From the NCBI GenBank assembly GCA_038087875.1, contig JAXLNO010000110.1:124001-188000 (forward strand): a stretch of 64,000 nucleotides of DNA, given 5' to 3'. Position numbers and translations under genes: made by a program. The notes beneath the pieces are model-generated. The model was given only the letters and a program-made list of their open reading frames with translations, was not told the origin of the DNA and made no database searches. Of the stretch, positions 36,737 to 49,627 are shown in pieces (within the stretch, counting starts at the first letter, position 1; each line of letters starts with the position of its first letter). This DNA comes from Malacoraja senta (taxonomy: Eukaryota).

Positions 36737-39700
36737 TAGTAAGATTAAACGAGAACTTACCAGTTTGAAGTTTGATCTGTATTTTATGAGGAGTTACGAT
36801 GAGGGATTACGTGAAGACCCCGTCCAGCACGCATGCGCGACATTCTTCAAAGCAGCGGTGTGGAATCACAGGAAACACAATAATTGAAATAAACATAGTA
36901 AAGAAAAGGAGAACTAAGATACCTGTTGATCTATATATTTGAGGGTGGGAGCGGAGGGCACGTAATCCCTCATCGTAACTCCTCATAAAATACAGATCAA
37001 ACTTCAAACTGGTAAGTTCTCGTTTAATCTTACTATTTTACTTCGGAGTCACGTGAGTGACTTCGTGAAGACTTCAAAGCTCTGTGATTTCAAACCGTGT
37101 AACAGTTCATACTTCACTCGCTGCCGAAGTCATTCAAGGGAGGAAGTATGTTATCGTAATCAACCATAATCTGTTTGTAAACAATAATGGTATCTATTAA
37201 ACAATAACAAAAGACAAAATGCTCCCCCGGGCTTAAATTATATAATTTTGCAGATTTTAAAACTCTTTCTGCAAATAACACAGGTTCTGCTAGCGGCTTG
37301 TGGTAGAACGTTTGGAACGTTTTCTCCATGTTCATTCTTTTAGCCGCCGATGTGGATGCTGCCCTGGTGGAGTGAGATGTATATACATCAGTATCTACTC
37401 CAGCAGCTCCCAGTACCTGCTTGAGCCATCTCGAGATGGTTTGGCTCGACACCCAACCTTGAGGTTTCTTGTGGCTGACCCATAAGGCTTTTTAATTTAT
37501 TTATTTATTTATTTATTTATATATATATATATTTTTTCCCTTCTCCCTCGAGAATCTCTTGTTGTGTTGATGTAAGTTAATAAGTGAGTCATGACACACA
37601 ACCGTAGGTCAGGTGGGTATGCCCGGAAATCCATAACTAGGACTCAAGTTCCTGGCTTGCTCTGCTTTAGCAGCTCCTGAATGGTGAATGAGACCCGGTC
37701 TGGTGTTATAACCATGTTGTCCAGTCGCAGTAAGTGGAGGGACTGGACTCTTTGTGCTGAGACTAGTAGCATCAGCATGACCGTTTTCAGGGTTAGCTTT
37801 TCCAGGGTGAGAGACCTGGCTGGGGACCATCCCCTTAGGTATGTCAGGACCACACTGACATCCCAGATTTGTGTATACCTAGGTCTAAGAGGGTTGGAGT
37901 TGACGATACTCCTCATGAGTTTGATCACCAGCGGGTGAGACCCTATGGCCTGTTGTCCTGGCACCTGTTTTAAGTAGGCTGACAGCGCACGTCTGGCAGT
38001 ATTGATGGCGCTGTAGCTCAATCCTTCATTATGGTGAAGGCTCCCCAGGAACTCCAGTACATTGGTTATGGTTGCAGATGAGTACGTTGTCCCAGTAGTC
38101 GAGCAGTATCTTTCCCACTTCCTGATGCTCGATAGGTATTGTTTCCTGGTGGACATACGGTGTCATCATGTTGATGGTCCTGTCAGACAATCCCAGTCCC
38201 AGCAGTGGTCTTTTGATAATCTGCAACCCAGTAGGTTAATTTTGGCATGGCATGGATGACTTATGCCTGATACAGGGTGCGTCAATAGGTCTGGGCTACT
38301 GGGAAAGGTCATAGGAGTGTCGATGACCATGTCGAGGACCACTGGGAATCATGGCTGTGTAGGCCAGTTGGTACTATCAAAATACCTGAAGCAGAGTCCA
38401 TCTGTATTTTGCGTAGTACCCTACAGATTAAGGCAGAAGGGGAAAAAGCATAGAAGAAATCTGTCCCCCAGTTCAGCGCGAATGCATCTATCGCTGCTGC
38501 CTCAGGGTGTGGTTCCCAAGGGACATACATTGGTACGTGGTGATTTAGTCTGGATGCAAAGAGATCGATATCTGGTGTGCCATATTGGTTTGTAATTTTA
38601 GCAAAGCTCTAGGATTTAACATCCATTTGGTGTTTATCATTGAATTTGCATGACCTGGCACTGTATTTAGCTTACCTGGTAGGTAAGTTGCTGATAGCCA
38701 AATATGTCTATCGACCCACCATTACCAGATTGTGTTGACCCAATTGTCACATGATATCGATTTTATTCCGGCCATATGGTTAATATAGGCCACCACCGTG
38801 ATATTTATCAATTTGTAAATGAACATGCAAGTTGTGCATATTCCTAGAATATGCTTTAAAACCATAAAACGCACCCAACATTTCCAAATAATTTATGCCC
38901 AGTGTTTGTAGTAAAGACGAGTCTAGGTTAGTCCATCTACCACCTGTGCTGGATATGGTATTAGTTGCTCCCCAGCCTTGAGCACTGGCATCTGTTTGTA
39001 TAGTTAACGTTGGGTTATTGATGATGATAGGGCTGGAACTATGCCAAATGTGTTATATGCACCATTGTAACTCTGATATTGCTTCAATGGGTAGTTTCAT
39101 GGATCTGTCAAAGTGACCTGCATGTCGTTTCAACGCCTGTACTTTTGCCCTTTGTAGGTGCTGATAGTGCAGGAGTCCAAATTGTGTAGCTGAAAATGCT
39201 GCTACCATTTTGCCAATTACTCTTGCCACTTGTGGGATGGTTGGTCGATTGCTTACCATTAAATTGTTGCACATCTGTGCCAATTCTGCTGCTTTACCTT
39301 TTGGCAACGTTACAGACATGTGGATTGAGTTAATTGAATCCCAGATAGTCCATAGTTGTGGATGGCGTCAACTTAGATTTATCTGGATGTATGACAAACC
39401 CAGGGTTTCAAACTATTATTTGGTAGCTAATACAGCTGATTTAGCCAACTCCATGGTTTTGCCAACTATTAGGATATCATCAAGATACGCCATGACAATA
39501 TGTCTTTGTTTCGCTAATGTTGCCAAGGCTGGTTTTAATATCTTGGTAAATAGTCTAAGGCTGATGTCAACCCATTAGGCAATACTTTATACTGCCATAG
39601 TTGCCCCATCCAGGTAAATTTTCAGGTATCTGCGATGACCCTTGTGAATGGGTACTGAATAGTAGGCATCTTTTAGATCAATGCTTGCCATAAAGTATCC

Positions 39701-41563
39701 TTTGGCAATCAGTTGTTTAGCAGTTACAAATGTTTCCATTTTGAAATGTACATACTTAACAAAGGTATTAGTGAGGTTAAGTCAATGATGATGCGACATC
39801 CACCATCTTTTTTACTTTTGGTAAATATATTTGAGACAAATTCCAAAGGATCATGTTTGGATTTCTCAATGACACCCTTTGTAAGTAACCTCACCAGTTC
39901 TGCTTGAGCCTCTAGTTCTCTTTGACTGAGAGGGTAAAGACCCTTTGGGTACGTGCTGAACTGGTGGCATGTTTTCGTGAATGAACTCTATTTTGTATCC
40001 CCGAATACTGTTAAGTATATAACTATCATTCGTGAGACACCTCCTGTTAGTACAGTTCCCCATTTACATGCTGGTAGGAACCAAACCCACCTACCTCCAT
40101 GGTTATGGTAGTGTTCCTTTCTTCCGTTTGTTCATCGGTCGTTATACTGCTGGATGTACTGTTGATGTACTGCTGATTGGGGGTGGCGCATTTTCCATGG
40201 GGTCCGCTCTGGGCCCTGGCCTAAAAAGGCTTTCGGGGATAGTATGCGGACCCCGAGCTTTCACCAGTGACATAAATTTGACCTTGACTGGTGGACGCGG
40301 TGGGGTACTGCCGTCTGGTTTTTTGTGTGGGTCTGCTCGTTCCGGGGCCTGCCCTCATGAGGCCAAATGCTTTGGACTCCTCCTCCAGGTCTTTCACTTG
40401 TCCTTCCTAATAACAGGATCTGCGGCTCTGAGGCCGGTGTTTTACACAGTCCTGCAAACCTGGGATTGAGGGCAGGTCTTATTCTCTCCTTGCGGAGGTT
40501 ATTTATCTCATATTGGGTGTAGCACAGCAGAGCCAGAGTGTCTTGCTGGTTTGTGGTCATATCCACCCCATCCACGGAACGAGCATAGGCTGTTATCCCT
40601 GTCGTCAGGAGCTTGAGGATTTTAGCTCCTGGTTCCGGATACTCTGTCCCCCCCCCCCCCCAGATTTGGCTGTTAACAGCCGGTACATTGAGCGAACTGC
40701 AGTTTTCCAGCTCTAGTGCCTCATTAAGTACCTGTCTTGTAGGGGTTTGAGGGACAGGTGGTTGATGCTGGCCGCCAGTTTTGGCTCCAATGGCCGCCCT
40801 GCTCGTGGTGAAACCACGTAGCGGATCTCCACACCCAGCAGCTCTTCCTGATCCTGTACCCCAAGCGTACTCCCGACATCTTCAGCCAATGACCCCTCTT
40901 CCTGACCAGCCCAGCCCTGGTCGCCAACGCTGCCCTGCTTTGAGGGGAAAGCGATGGCCAGTGCATTTATAGAGCACTGCTGTGGGAGTGCCTGATCCCC
41001 CTGGCGAGACTGCTGTAGCTCCTGAAGCAAGTCCCGCTGGAGCAGTTGCTCCATGAGCCTTTTCATTCGGCTCAGGCGGCTAGCTCTGCCGCTCTAAGGC
41101 GGACCCTCCTCATCGGAGTCAGACATAACCGGCCGGTTTGTTTGTTTGTTTGTTTGTTTAAACTTTTCTTCCAGCCCGCTGCCGCTCATCAGGCTGCGCT
41201 AGCGGGACTGGGCTCGGCTCGGTCTCGATGAGGGTGGACCGCAGCATATGCGGTCCAGGTGCCGCCTCTCGCCCCCCACTGATGGAACACTCCCGTTCTG
41301 TTGGAGTCGAACGGGGGGCGGTTTTCTTCCTTTGCCGTGCTGCTCCTGTTCCCAGTTCCTCTGGAATAGAGAGCAGAGCACAGCTTGCGGATTACGACCT
41401 CAGTGTAAGACTTACCTGATGGTCCGCTGTTTAGTTTTCACCGACGTGTAGCGGGAGCGCCTGTACTCCCGGTCGTCGCTGTTGCACTGCGTGAACGCTA
41501 AATGTCGCGCATGCGTGCTGGACGGGGTCTTCACGAAGTCACTCACGTGACTCCGAAGTAAAA
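36737..41563 (-). mobile_element. DIRS-type retrotransposon B, inserted in the ICR of DIRS A
   Basis: Own ITRs and ICR (about 36960-37070). gag remnant; RT (ASIDLKDAYYS, YLDD), RNase H (TDAS..GWG), YR (GLSYSAINTAR, SAQRVQSL, SHSTRAAST). Confidence 0.92.
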
Positions 41564-44500
41564 TAGTAAGATTAAACGAGAACTTACCAGTTTGAAGTTT
41601 GATCTTTATTTCATGAGGAGTTACGTTAAGGGATTACGTGCCCTCCACTCCCAACCCTCTATCATAAAGGTCAGCTGGTATTCTAGTTTCTCTAATCTTA
41701 CTATATTCAGTTCAACAACTGTTATCCGTGATTTCACACCGCTGCTTTGAAGATTGACGCGCATGCGGACTGGCGGGCTCTTCACGTAAACCCTCAACGT
41801 AACTCCTCATAAAATAAAGATCAAACTTCAAACTTGTAAGTTCTCATTTAATCTTACTATTCTCCTTGACTCTCAAGGAATATGTCAGTTTCTCCATATT
41901 AAAGATGTCTCGCACAATTTCTAACCACTGTTCCTGTTTTGGACTTTTTTCATTAAGCCACTGTCTGGTAATGGCCTTACTTGCTGCAAGCAAAACTTTA
42001 ATCAAATATGTATCTTCTATTTTTACAATATCTTTAATATGCCCCAGATACATCACAGGGCAGGTATTTGGGATTTTATAACCCAAGATATTTTTTACAA
42101 CTGCATTAACATTTTCCCAGTATGGCCTTATCTTTACACAGTTGCAGAAAATATGCGAGTGGTCTGCCTCCGTACTCCCACACAGCCTCCAACAGTATTG
42201 TTGGACAGCAAGTTGTCTGCTTTTTATTTTGGGTGTTATAAAAAAGCGAGATAGATTCTTCCAGCAAAATTCTCTCCAAACTAGTGAGCTTGTGGATGAA
42301 CATTGTGTTTCACACATTTGATACCATTCTTCTTCTGTTATTTGAATCTTTAATTCTGTTTCCAATTTTGTTTTTATGTAGAGCGTTGATTCTCCACCAG
42401 AGCTTGGTAGAAAACATAGATGACCTGAGACCCCTTCTGTTTGTATGCATCCACAATTACCTTGATCACATTATTTGAAGTTTCATCTAGTTCTGGCCTT
42501 ATCTCTTTTGTAAAGTAGTCTCTTAATTGCAAGTATCTAAAAAAATCTTTGTTTTCGAGACCATACTTTGACTTTAAATGTTGGAAGCTCATAAACTCGC
42601 CATTTTCTGAAACTGTATACATTGCCGTTATGCCTTTTTGTGCCCATTCTTTGAATTTTGAATCATACACCCCTGGCTTAAACTTTGAGTCATATGCAAA
42701 CTACTTCAATGCATGAACCCCTCTTTTTAATTTGTATTTTTCCACTATAACATTCCATATTTCTAACGTAAATGCTACTATTGGATCCATAGCATGTCTC
42801 AAAGCCCCTCTCAGATATTTGTCTCCCACCAAAATATAGGTCTGGTAACCCTGTATCTCCCTTTCCATTTCTTTCCATCGAGATTCATAATCAGGTCTAC
42901 ACCAACAAGCCAGAGGTCTGAGTTGAGCTGCATAAAAGTATTTCCTCAGATTTGGTAAAGCCATTCCACCCTTGCTTTTCGGCAGTTGAAGTGTTGTTAG
43001 TTTTATTCTTGGTTTTTTGCTATTCCAAATGAATCTAGAGATCATTTTATCCCAGGCTATGAATTTATCTCGGGGAACATTAATTGGGAGAGATTGGAAT
43101 AAATATAGTAGTTTAGGTAGGATATTCATTTTTACCGTTTGTATTCTGGCACTGAAGTCTAGAGGAAGGGTCGACCACCTTTCAACATCCTTTTTGATGT
43201 TTTCTTCAATTTTGTTATAATTAGTTTCAAACAAGTTGGAAAGTGTTTTAGTTATAGTTACACCAAGATACTGCATCGTTTTAGAATTCCATTTCAGATT
43301 ATATGCATCTCTGATTTGTTGGGATGGAGAATAATTGAATGAAAGAATTTGTGTTTTTGTTATATTCAGTTTATACCCTGAGTAGTATCTATATGTTTCA
43401 AATAGGTTCATTAGATTTGGGAGACATATATCTGGTCGTTCAAGAAAAATAATGACATCATCAGCGAAAAGACCAATGATATGTTCTTTCCCCCCTATTT
43501 TGACCCCTGCAGGTCTTCTCTCTGCCTTATTGCTTATGCTAAGGGTTCAATATATAAAACGAAGAGAGTAGGAGAAAGACAGCATCCTTGCCGTGTGCCC
43601 CTCAATAACTGGATCCTTTTTGATATGTTTCCATTTACCTTAATCCTAGCTGTAGGCTCCTGATATATTTTAATACACCGAATTGCATCTTCATTGAAAC
43701 CAAATCTCCTCAGTACTTCATATAAAAATACCCAACTAACACTATCAAAGGCTTTTTCTGCATCTAAACTGACCAGGACCATATTTGTATCCTTTTTTTT
43801 TCAGCATTATCCACAATGTGGAGGGTTCTTCTAATATTATCCTGTGTTTGTCGCCCCCGAATAAATCCAGTTTGGTCTTCATTAATCAGATCTGGTACCA
43901 AAGTCTCGAGTCTTTTGCAAATGATTGAGGTAAATAGTCTACATTTAAAATTGAGATTGGCCTGAAATTTTTACATTGCTCTTTGTCTTTGCCTTCCTTG
44001 GGTAAAATGGTAATAATTGCTTCCTTCCATGATGGAGCCCTGCCCTTTTTAAGGGTCCAGTTAAAGCAAGACAGGAGCAGAGGTGTTAGCTCTTTCTTAA
44101 AGGCCTTGTGCCATTCTGGTGGAAACCCATCGCTGCCTGGTGATTTACTAGCCTTAAGTCTACTGATTGCAGCTTCCAGCTCCTTAACCGTAAATTGTGA
44201 CGTAATTGTATTATTTTGTGTCTCACCAATGGATGGCAGGTCAAGTGAGTTAAGAAAACTTCTCATTGTCCTTTCGTCAGCTGATGGTGGTTTAGAATAG
44301 AGTTTCTTATAGTACACTTCAAATATTCTTTCTATCTCATCTGGCTCATGTGATAATTGATTGGTTTTAGGATCTCTTATTTTATGAATTGTATTATAGA
44401 GGCCTGCTGTTTACGCAGGCGTCTGGCCAGGAGTCTAGTTGCTTTTGGACCTGCTTCATAATAGGTCTGCTTTACAAATCTTGCCCTTTTTTCCATATCT

Positions 44501-45259
44501 CCCCTGAGGATCTCATCTATCTCCCCCCTTACTTCCTTAATCTGTTTTAGTACCAACTGATCCTGTATGTTTTTAATGCTTTTTCTCCAATTCTTTCAAA
44601 TTTTCTACTTTATGTTCATACGTAGCTAGCCGGGCCTTTTTTTGTGATGATGTCAGGGTGATCAGCTTTCCACGTATAACTGCCTTCATAGCATCCCTCA
44701 GTATTACAGGATCCACATCCCCGTTATCATTCTCTTCTATGTACCTTTTTAACTCCTCCCTTATTTGTTCCACATTTGCTTATTATTCAAAATACCCACA
44801 TTGAGCCTCCAAACAGTATTTCTTTTTCTACTATTCAGGTGTACTGTCAAGCTGATCGCACTGTGATCAGATACATCTGTCACCCCGATTTTACACTGTG
44901 ATCCTGTGACTTTCACCCGTATTCATTAAAAAGTAGTCAATCGTGGAGTAGACTGAGTGAGGTACTGAATAGTGTGTGTAGTCCCTTTCTAAAGGGCGAA
45001 GTTCTCTCCAAACATCAATTAGGCCCATTTCCTGCACTGATGTGTTAATAAACTTGGTCATATGCATCTTGTTTTTTTTTAGGATTGTTGTATCCAAATT
45101 ATGATTCATGACCACATTGAAGTCCCCTCCACATATCAAAATACCTTCAGTCTCGAAAGCAATAATGTCAAACAGAGTTTTGAAAAAACATTTGGCACTC
45201 TCTGGGGGGGCATATACATTGATCAGTGTCACTACTTTGTTTTCCAGCTTTTCTTTAAC

Positions 45260-47588
45260 AATCAATCAATCAATCAACCTTTATTGTCATCTTGCAAGCA
45301 ATAGTTGTACAGTGCAAAATGAAAAGACGTTTCCCAGGGAATACCGGAGCATCGCACATGAAATTTAAAACATTTCACACATAATAACACTAAAAACAAT
45401 CCAGTCCCTGATGGAACAGTATAAATAGTTAAAAAGTAGGTAAAAACAACGTTAAAATACAGTAAAACCAATCATAAACATGTCCGGGGCAGCTGATTTG
45501 AGTGGCCAGTGCCAGTTATTGAAGTGGCCAGTGCCAGTTATTAAAGTGTCCGTGCCAAGCCGCAGAATCAGATGACTGTGAGCACAGAGTGGCTGTTTAG
45601 CAGCCTCACAGCATATGGCAGGAAGCTGTTTAGCAGTCTTGTAGTCCGGGCTTTGATGCTGCGATATCTCTTGCCTGATGGCAGGAGATCCAGGTGTATG
45701 TGGAGGGGGTGCAGTTTGTCCTTAGCAATTCTCTGAGCTTTTTTCAGACAGCGGCTCTGGAACAGTTCTTGTACCAAGGGTAGGGAGACGCCAATGATCC
45801 TCTCTGCTCCCCTCACTACCCTCTGCAGAGCCTTCCTGTCCGAGCAGTTGCAGGTGCAGTACCACGTATTTATGCAGTACGTGAGTACAGACTCCACCGT
45901 ACCCCTGTAGAAAGTCCTGAGGATGTTGGTGGGGAGTGAGGCCTGTTTTAGTTTCCTCAGGAAGTGCAGTCGCTGATGGGCCCGTTTGATGGTCCCAGTG
46001 GTGTTCCTAGACCAGGTGAGGCTGTCTGTAATTTGCACCCCGAGGAACTTTATGCTCTCCACTCTCTCCACTGTGGCGCCACTGATGTTAAGGGGTGTAT
46101 GCTTTGGCTGTGCCCTCCTGAAGTCGACAACCATCTCCTTTGTTTTGTCGACATTTATTTCTAGATTATTTTTGCCGCACCAGTCCACTAGTTGTTTTAC
46201 TTCCTCTCTGTACATTGATTCATCATCTCCGCTGATGAGTCCCACCACTGTTGTGTCATCCGCGAATTTTATGATCTTATTGTCCCTGAATCTGGCTGCA
46301 CAGTCATGTGTGAGCAATGTGAACAACAGCGGGCTGAGCACACAGCTTTGAGGGGAGCCGATGCTCAGCGTGATCGAGCCTGAAGTGTTCTTGCCAACAC
46401 GGACTGACTGCGGTCTCTCTGTCAGAAAGTCCAAGATCCAGTGACACAGGGTGGTGTTGAGGCCCAGCAGGGTTAGTTTCTCCACAAGTCTCTGTGGGAT
46501 GATGGTGTTAAACGCTGAGCTGAAGTCAATGTACAGGATTCTGGCGTATGTGTTTCTCTTTTCCAGATGCGTGAGCACTGTGTGCAGCGTGGTAGAGATG
46601 GCATCCTCTGTAGAACGGTTGGGGCGATAGGCAAACTGGAGGGGGTCTAACGATGAGGGGAGGCTGGCAGAAATGTGGGGTTTCACCAGGCGTTCAAAAT
46701 ACTTCATTATTATTGGGGTCAGGGCGACAGGGCGGTAGTCATTTAGGCAGGCAACAACTGGTTTCTTCGCTATGGGGATTATTGTAGATGTTTTGAGGCA
46801 TGTGGGGACAATGGCTTGACTGAGGGAGATGTTATAGATGTCTGTTAGCACATATGCTAACTCCTCAGCACATTCCTTAAGCACATGTCCTGGGATGTTA
46901 TCGGGTCCGACTGCTTTCCACGGGTTGACCTTAGACAGGATTCTCCGTGTGTCCATCGGGTCTATGGTCAGGACTGGCTGGTCGGTTTGTAAACAGGGGC
47001 TGGCTCCCCCCTTGGGTGTGGTGTTTGCTGCATCAAAACGAGCGAAGAAGTTGTTCAGTTCATCTGGGAGAGAAGTATCCGTGTCAGTTACCTGCTGCCT
47101 TGCCTTGTACCCCGTCAGTGTTTGGATTCCCTTCCACATCCTCCTGGTGTCTCCTGTGTCACAGAGGTGTCCCTGGATTTTCCCCGCATAGGCATGTTTC
47201 GCTGCCCTGATTCCTTTTTCCAGTGCAGTCCTGGTAGATCGAAGAGCGGCTGTGTTACCGGCTCTGTAGGCTGCATCACGAGCCCTCAGCAGCGAGCGCA
47301 CCTCTGCTGTCATCCATAGTTTTTCGTTTCCACGTGCAGTGAAGGTTTTCATGATAGTAACATCCTCGGTGCACTTGGCAATGTAGCTGGTTACAGTCTC
47401 TGCGTACTCCTCGATGTTGATGAGGTCATCATAGGATGCCGCTGTCCTGAACACATCCCAGTCAGTGTGCAGGAAGCAATCCTGCAGTGCTGAGGCTGCT
47501 CCCTCTGGCCAGACCCTGGTGTGTTTTCTCTCCGCTCTAGCTTGTTTCTGCAGAGGTCTGTAGGCTGGTGTTAAAGATACATACATAC
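45260..47588 (-). mobile_element. Rex1/Babar-type LINE, 5'-truncated with an uninterrupted 672-codon RT ORF (45568-47586)
   Basis: [42 protein letters not shown] motifs; (TTGA)n tail; splits the L1 endonuclease at GRYVL|VKEKLEN. Confidence 0.92.
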
Positions 47589-49627
47589 TAATACATACCT
47601 TCCCTCTTTGTCCCTGACTTCTTTATGGCATTCAAATTGGACTGCGTTTGTAATAAGGATAGCCACTCCCCTCTTTTGGCTAGTTTTATAGGAACTATAA
47701 AATGCATTTCGAAAGCCAAAGCATTTTAATTTCTCATGTTCTTGTTGAGGTAGGTGAGTTTCTTGTAAAAATAGTACCTGAGCCTTTTCCTTTTTCAGTT
47801 TAGCCAGGAGCTTCTTTTAACTGGATTATTCATGCCATTTACATTGAGTGACACCAATTTGATAGTATTACGTGACATTTAATTTACCTAATCCTGTCTT
47901 GCAGTCATAAATCTCCAGATAACTTGAAACTGTGCAGGTCTGAACATCTGGACAACATGTGCCAAATAAAGAAAATTTAAAAAAAGAGGAAACAGTTGAC
48001 TTCCAAGTAAGGGTGATTCCTTTCCACCCTGAGTCCCTGTTGGCAGGGTTCGGTTTTCATGTCTTCTTTGATTCCTTCTTTAAATTAATGTGTCCACTTG
48101 ATATTCAGCCCTGAAGTCACGTATTTCCTTACTGATATTGTGGAGCATTGAGCGCACGGTTTCTGCAGAGTCATCTTTTGAGCTTTGAGCTTTGTCCATC
48201 TCCGGTGAATTCTTTCTTTCTCGTCCGTCACGTTTCTTTTGACTTCTAGTTGTCGCTCCCCCACTCATTCCAATACAGAAAACTGTGAATTATGTGGCAA
48301 TTAGTGAATTATGGGAGGCTAGTTTTAAACTTGCTATCGGGAGCTCGAAATTAAGCAGCCATCTGCTCGCGTCGCCACCGGAAGTCCTGCCAACCAATTT
48401 TCTATCCATGTCAACACCCTACCCCCAATACCATGTGCTCTAATTTTAGTCACCAGTCTCCCGTGCGGGACCTTATCAAAGGCTTTCTGAAAGTCTAGAT
48501 ACACTACATCCACTGGCTCCCCTTCATCCATTTTACTTGTCACATCCTCAAAAAATTCCAGAAGATTAGTCAAGCATGATTTCCCTTTCATAAATCCATG
48601 CTGACTTGGACTAATCCTTTTACTGCTATCCAAATGCCCCATTATTACCTCTTTAATAATTGACTCCAGCATCTTTCCCACCACCGAAGTCAGGCTAACT
48701 GGTCTGTAATTCCCCGTTTTCTCTCTCTCGCTCCTTTCTTGAAAAGTGGGATAACATTAGCTATCCTCCAATCCACAGGAACTGATCCTGAATCTATTGA
48801 ACATTGGAAAATGATCACCAATGCGTCCACTATTTCTAGAGCCACCTCCCTGAGGACCCTGGGATGCAGACCATCAGGCCCAGGGGATTTATCATCCTTC
48901 AGTCCCATTAGCCTACCCAATACTATTTCTCGCCCAATGAAAATTTCTTTCAGTTCCTCTACCCCCATAGATCCTCTGTCCTCCAGTACATCTGGGAGAT
49001 TGTTTGTGTCTTCCTTAGTGAAGACAGATCCGAAGTGCCTATTCAACTCTTCTGCCATTTCCTTGTTGCCCATAATAATTTCACCCGTGTCTGCCTTCAA
49101 GGGACCCACATTTGACTTTGCTACTCTTTTTCCCTTAACATATCTAAAGAAGCTTTTACTGTCCTTCTTTATATTCCTGGCCAGCTTCCCTTCGTACTTC
49201 ATCTTTTCAGCCCGTATTGCCCATTTTGTTTCCTTCTGTTGTCCTATGAAAGTTTCCCAATCCTCTGGCTTCTGGCTACTCTTTGCTGTGTTATACATCT
49301 TTTCTTTTAGTTTTATTCTATCCCTAACTTCTCTTGTCAGCCACGGTTGCCTCCTACTCCCCTTAGAATCTTTCTTCCTTTTTGGAATGAAATGATCCTG
49401 CGTCTTCCGGATTATGCCCAGAAATTCCTGCCATTGCTGTTCCACCGTCATTCCTGCTAGGATCCCTTTCCAGTCTACCTTGGCCAGCTCCTAATGAAAA
49501 TTTCTTTCAGTTCTGCTCCCTCTTTCAGTTTCCTCTCCCTCTCCCCACTGTCAATCGCTCCTCTTCTCCCCCGGGATTAAAAGTGTCAGGGTTTATGGGG
49601 AGAAGGCAGGAGAACAGGGGTTTAGAG

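Larger units (their letters stand above)
32007..41861 (+). mobile_element. DIRS-type tyrosine-recombinase retrotransposon A (degenerate; own sequence 32007-36736 and 41564-41861)
   Basis: Left ITR, RT/RNase H/MT remnants (DAFSLHW..FYVFPPF..VVPDWP.QPWFP), YR remnants (RTISRWL, KSHSTRAA), ICR and right ITR with 3' extension. ATT at both ends; removing it restores L1 ORF2 KEN|SFEKIWEKW. Confidence 0.92.
31650..48387 (-). mobile_element. L1/Tx1-clade LINE with both ends (ORF1 internally deleted, ORF2 47878-31950 degenerate)
   Basis: 5' end GGACTTCCGGTGGCG, A-rich 3' tail, 16-bp TSD tgccaaccaattttct at 31634-31649 and 48388-48403. EN (SLNVNG, GGDFN), RT ([21 protein letters not shown]) and C-terminal CWRLC..H..C motifs. 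Confidence 0.93.
31235..49493 (-). mobile_element. CR1-type LINE (pieces 48388-49493 and 31235-31649, internally deleted), host of the nested stack
   Basis: KSPGPDGLHPRVL, QHGFMKGKSCLTNL, YLDFQKAFDKVPH...WIENWLA continue across the L1 insertion to QRVGVNGSFSEWQ and the CR1 C-terminus with a (TTTCTATG)-like tail. Confidence 0.85.
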
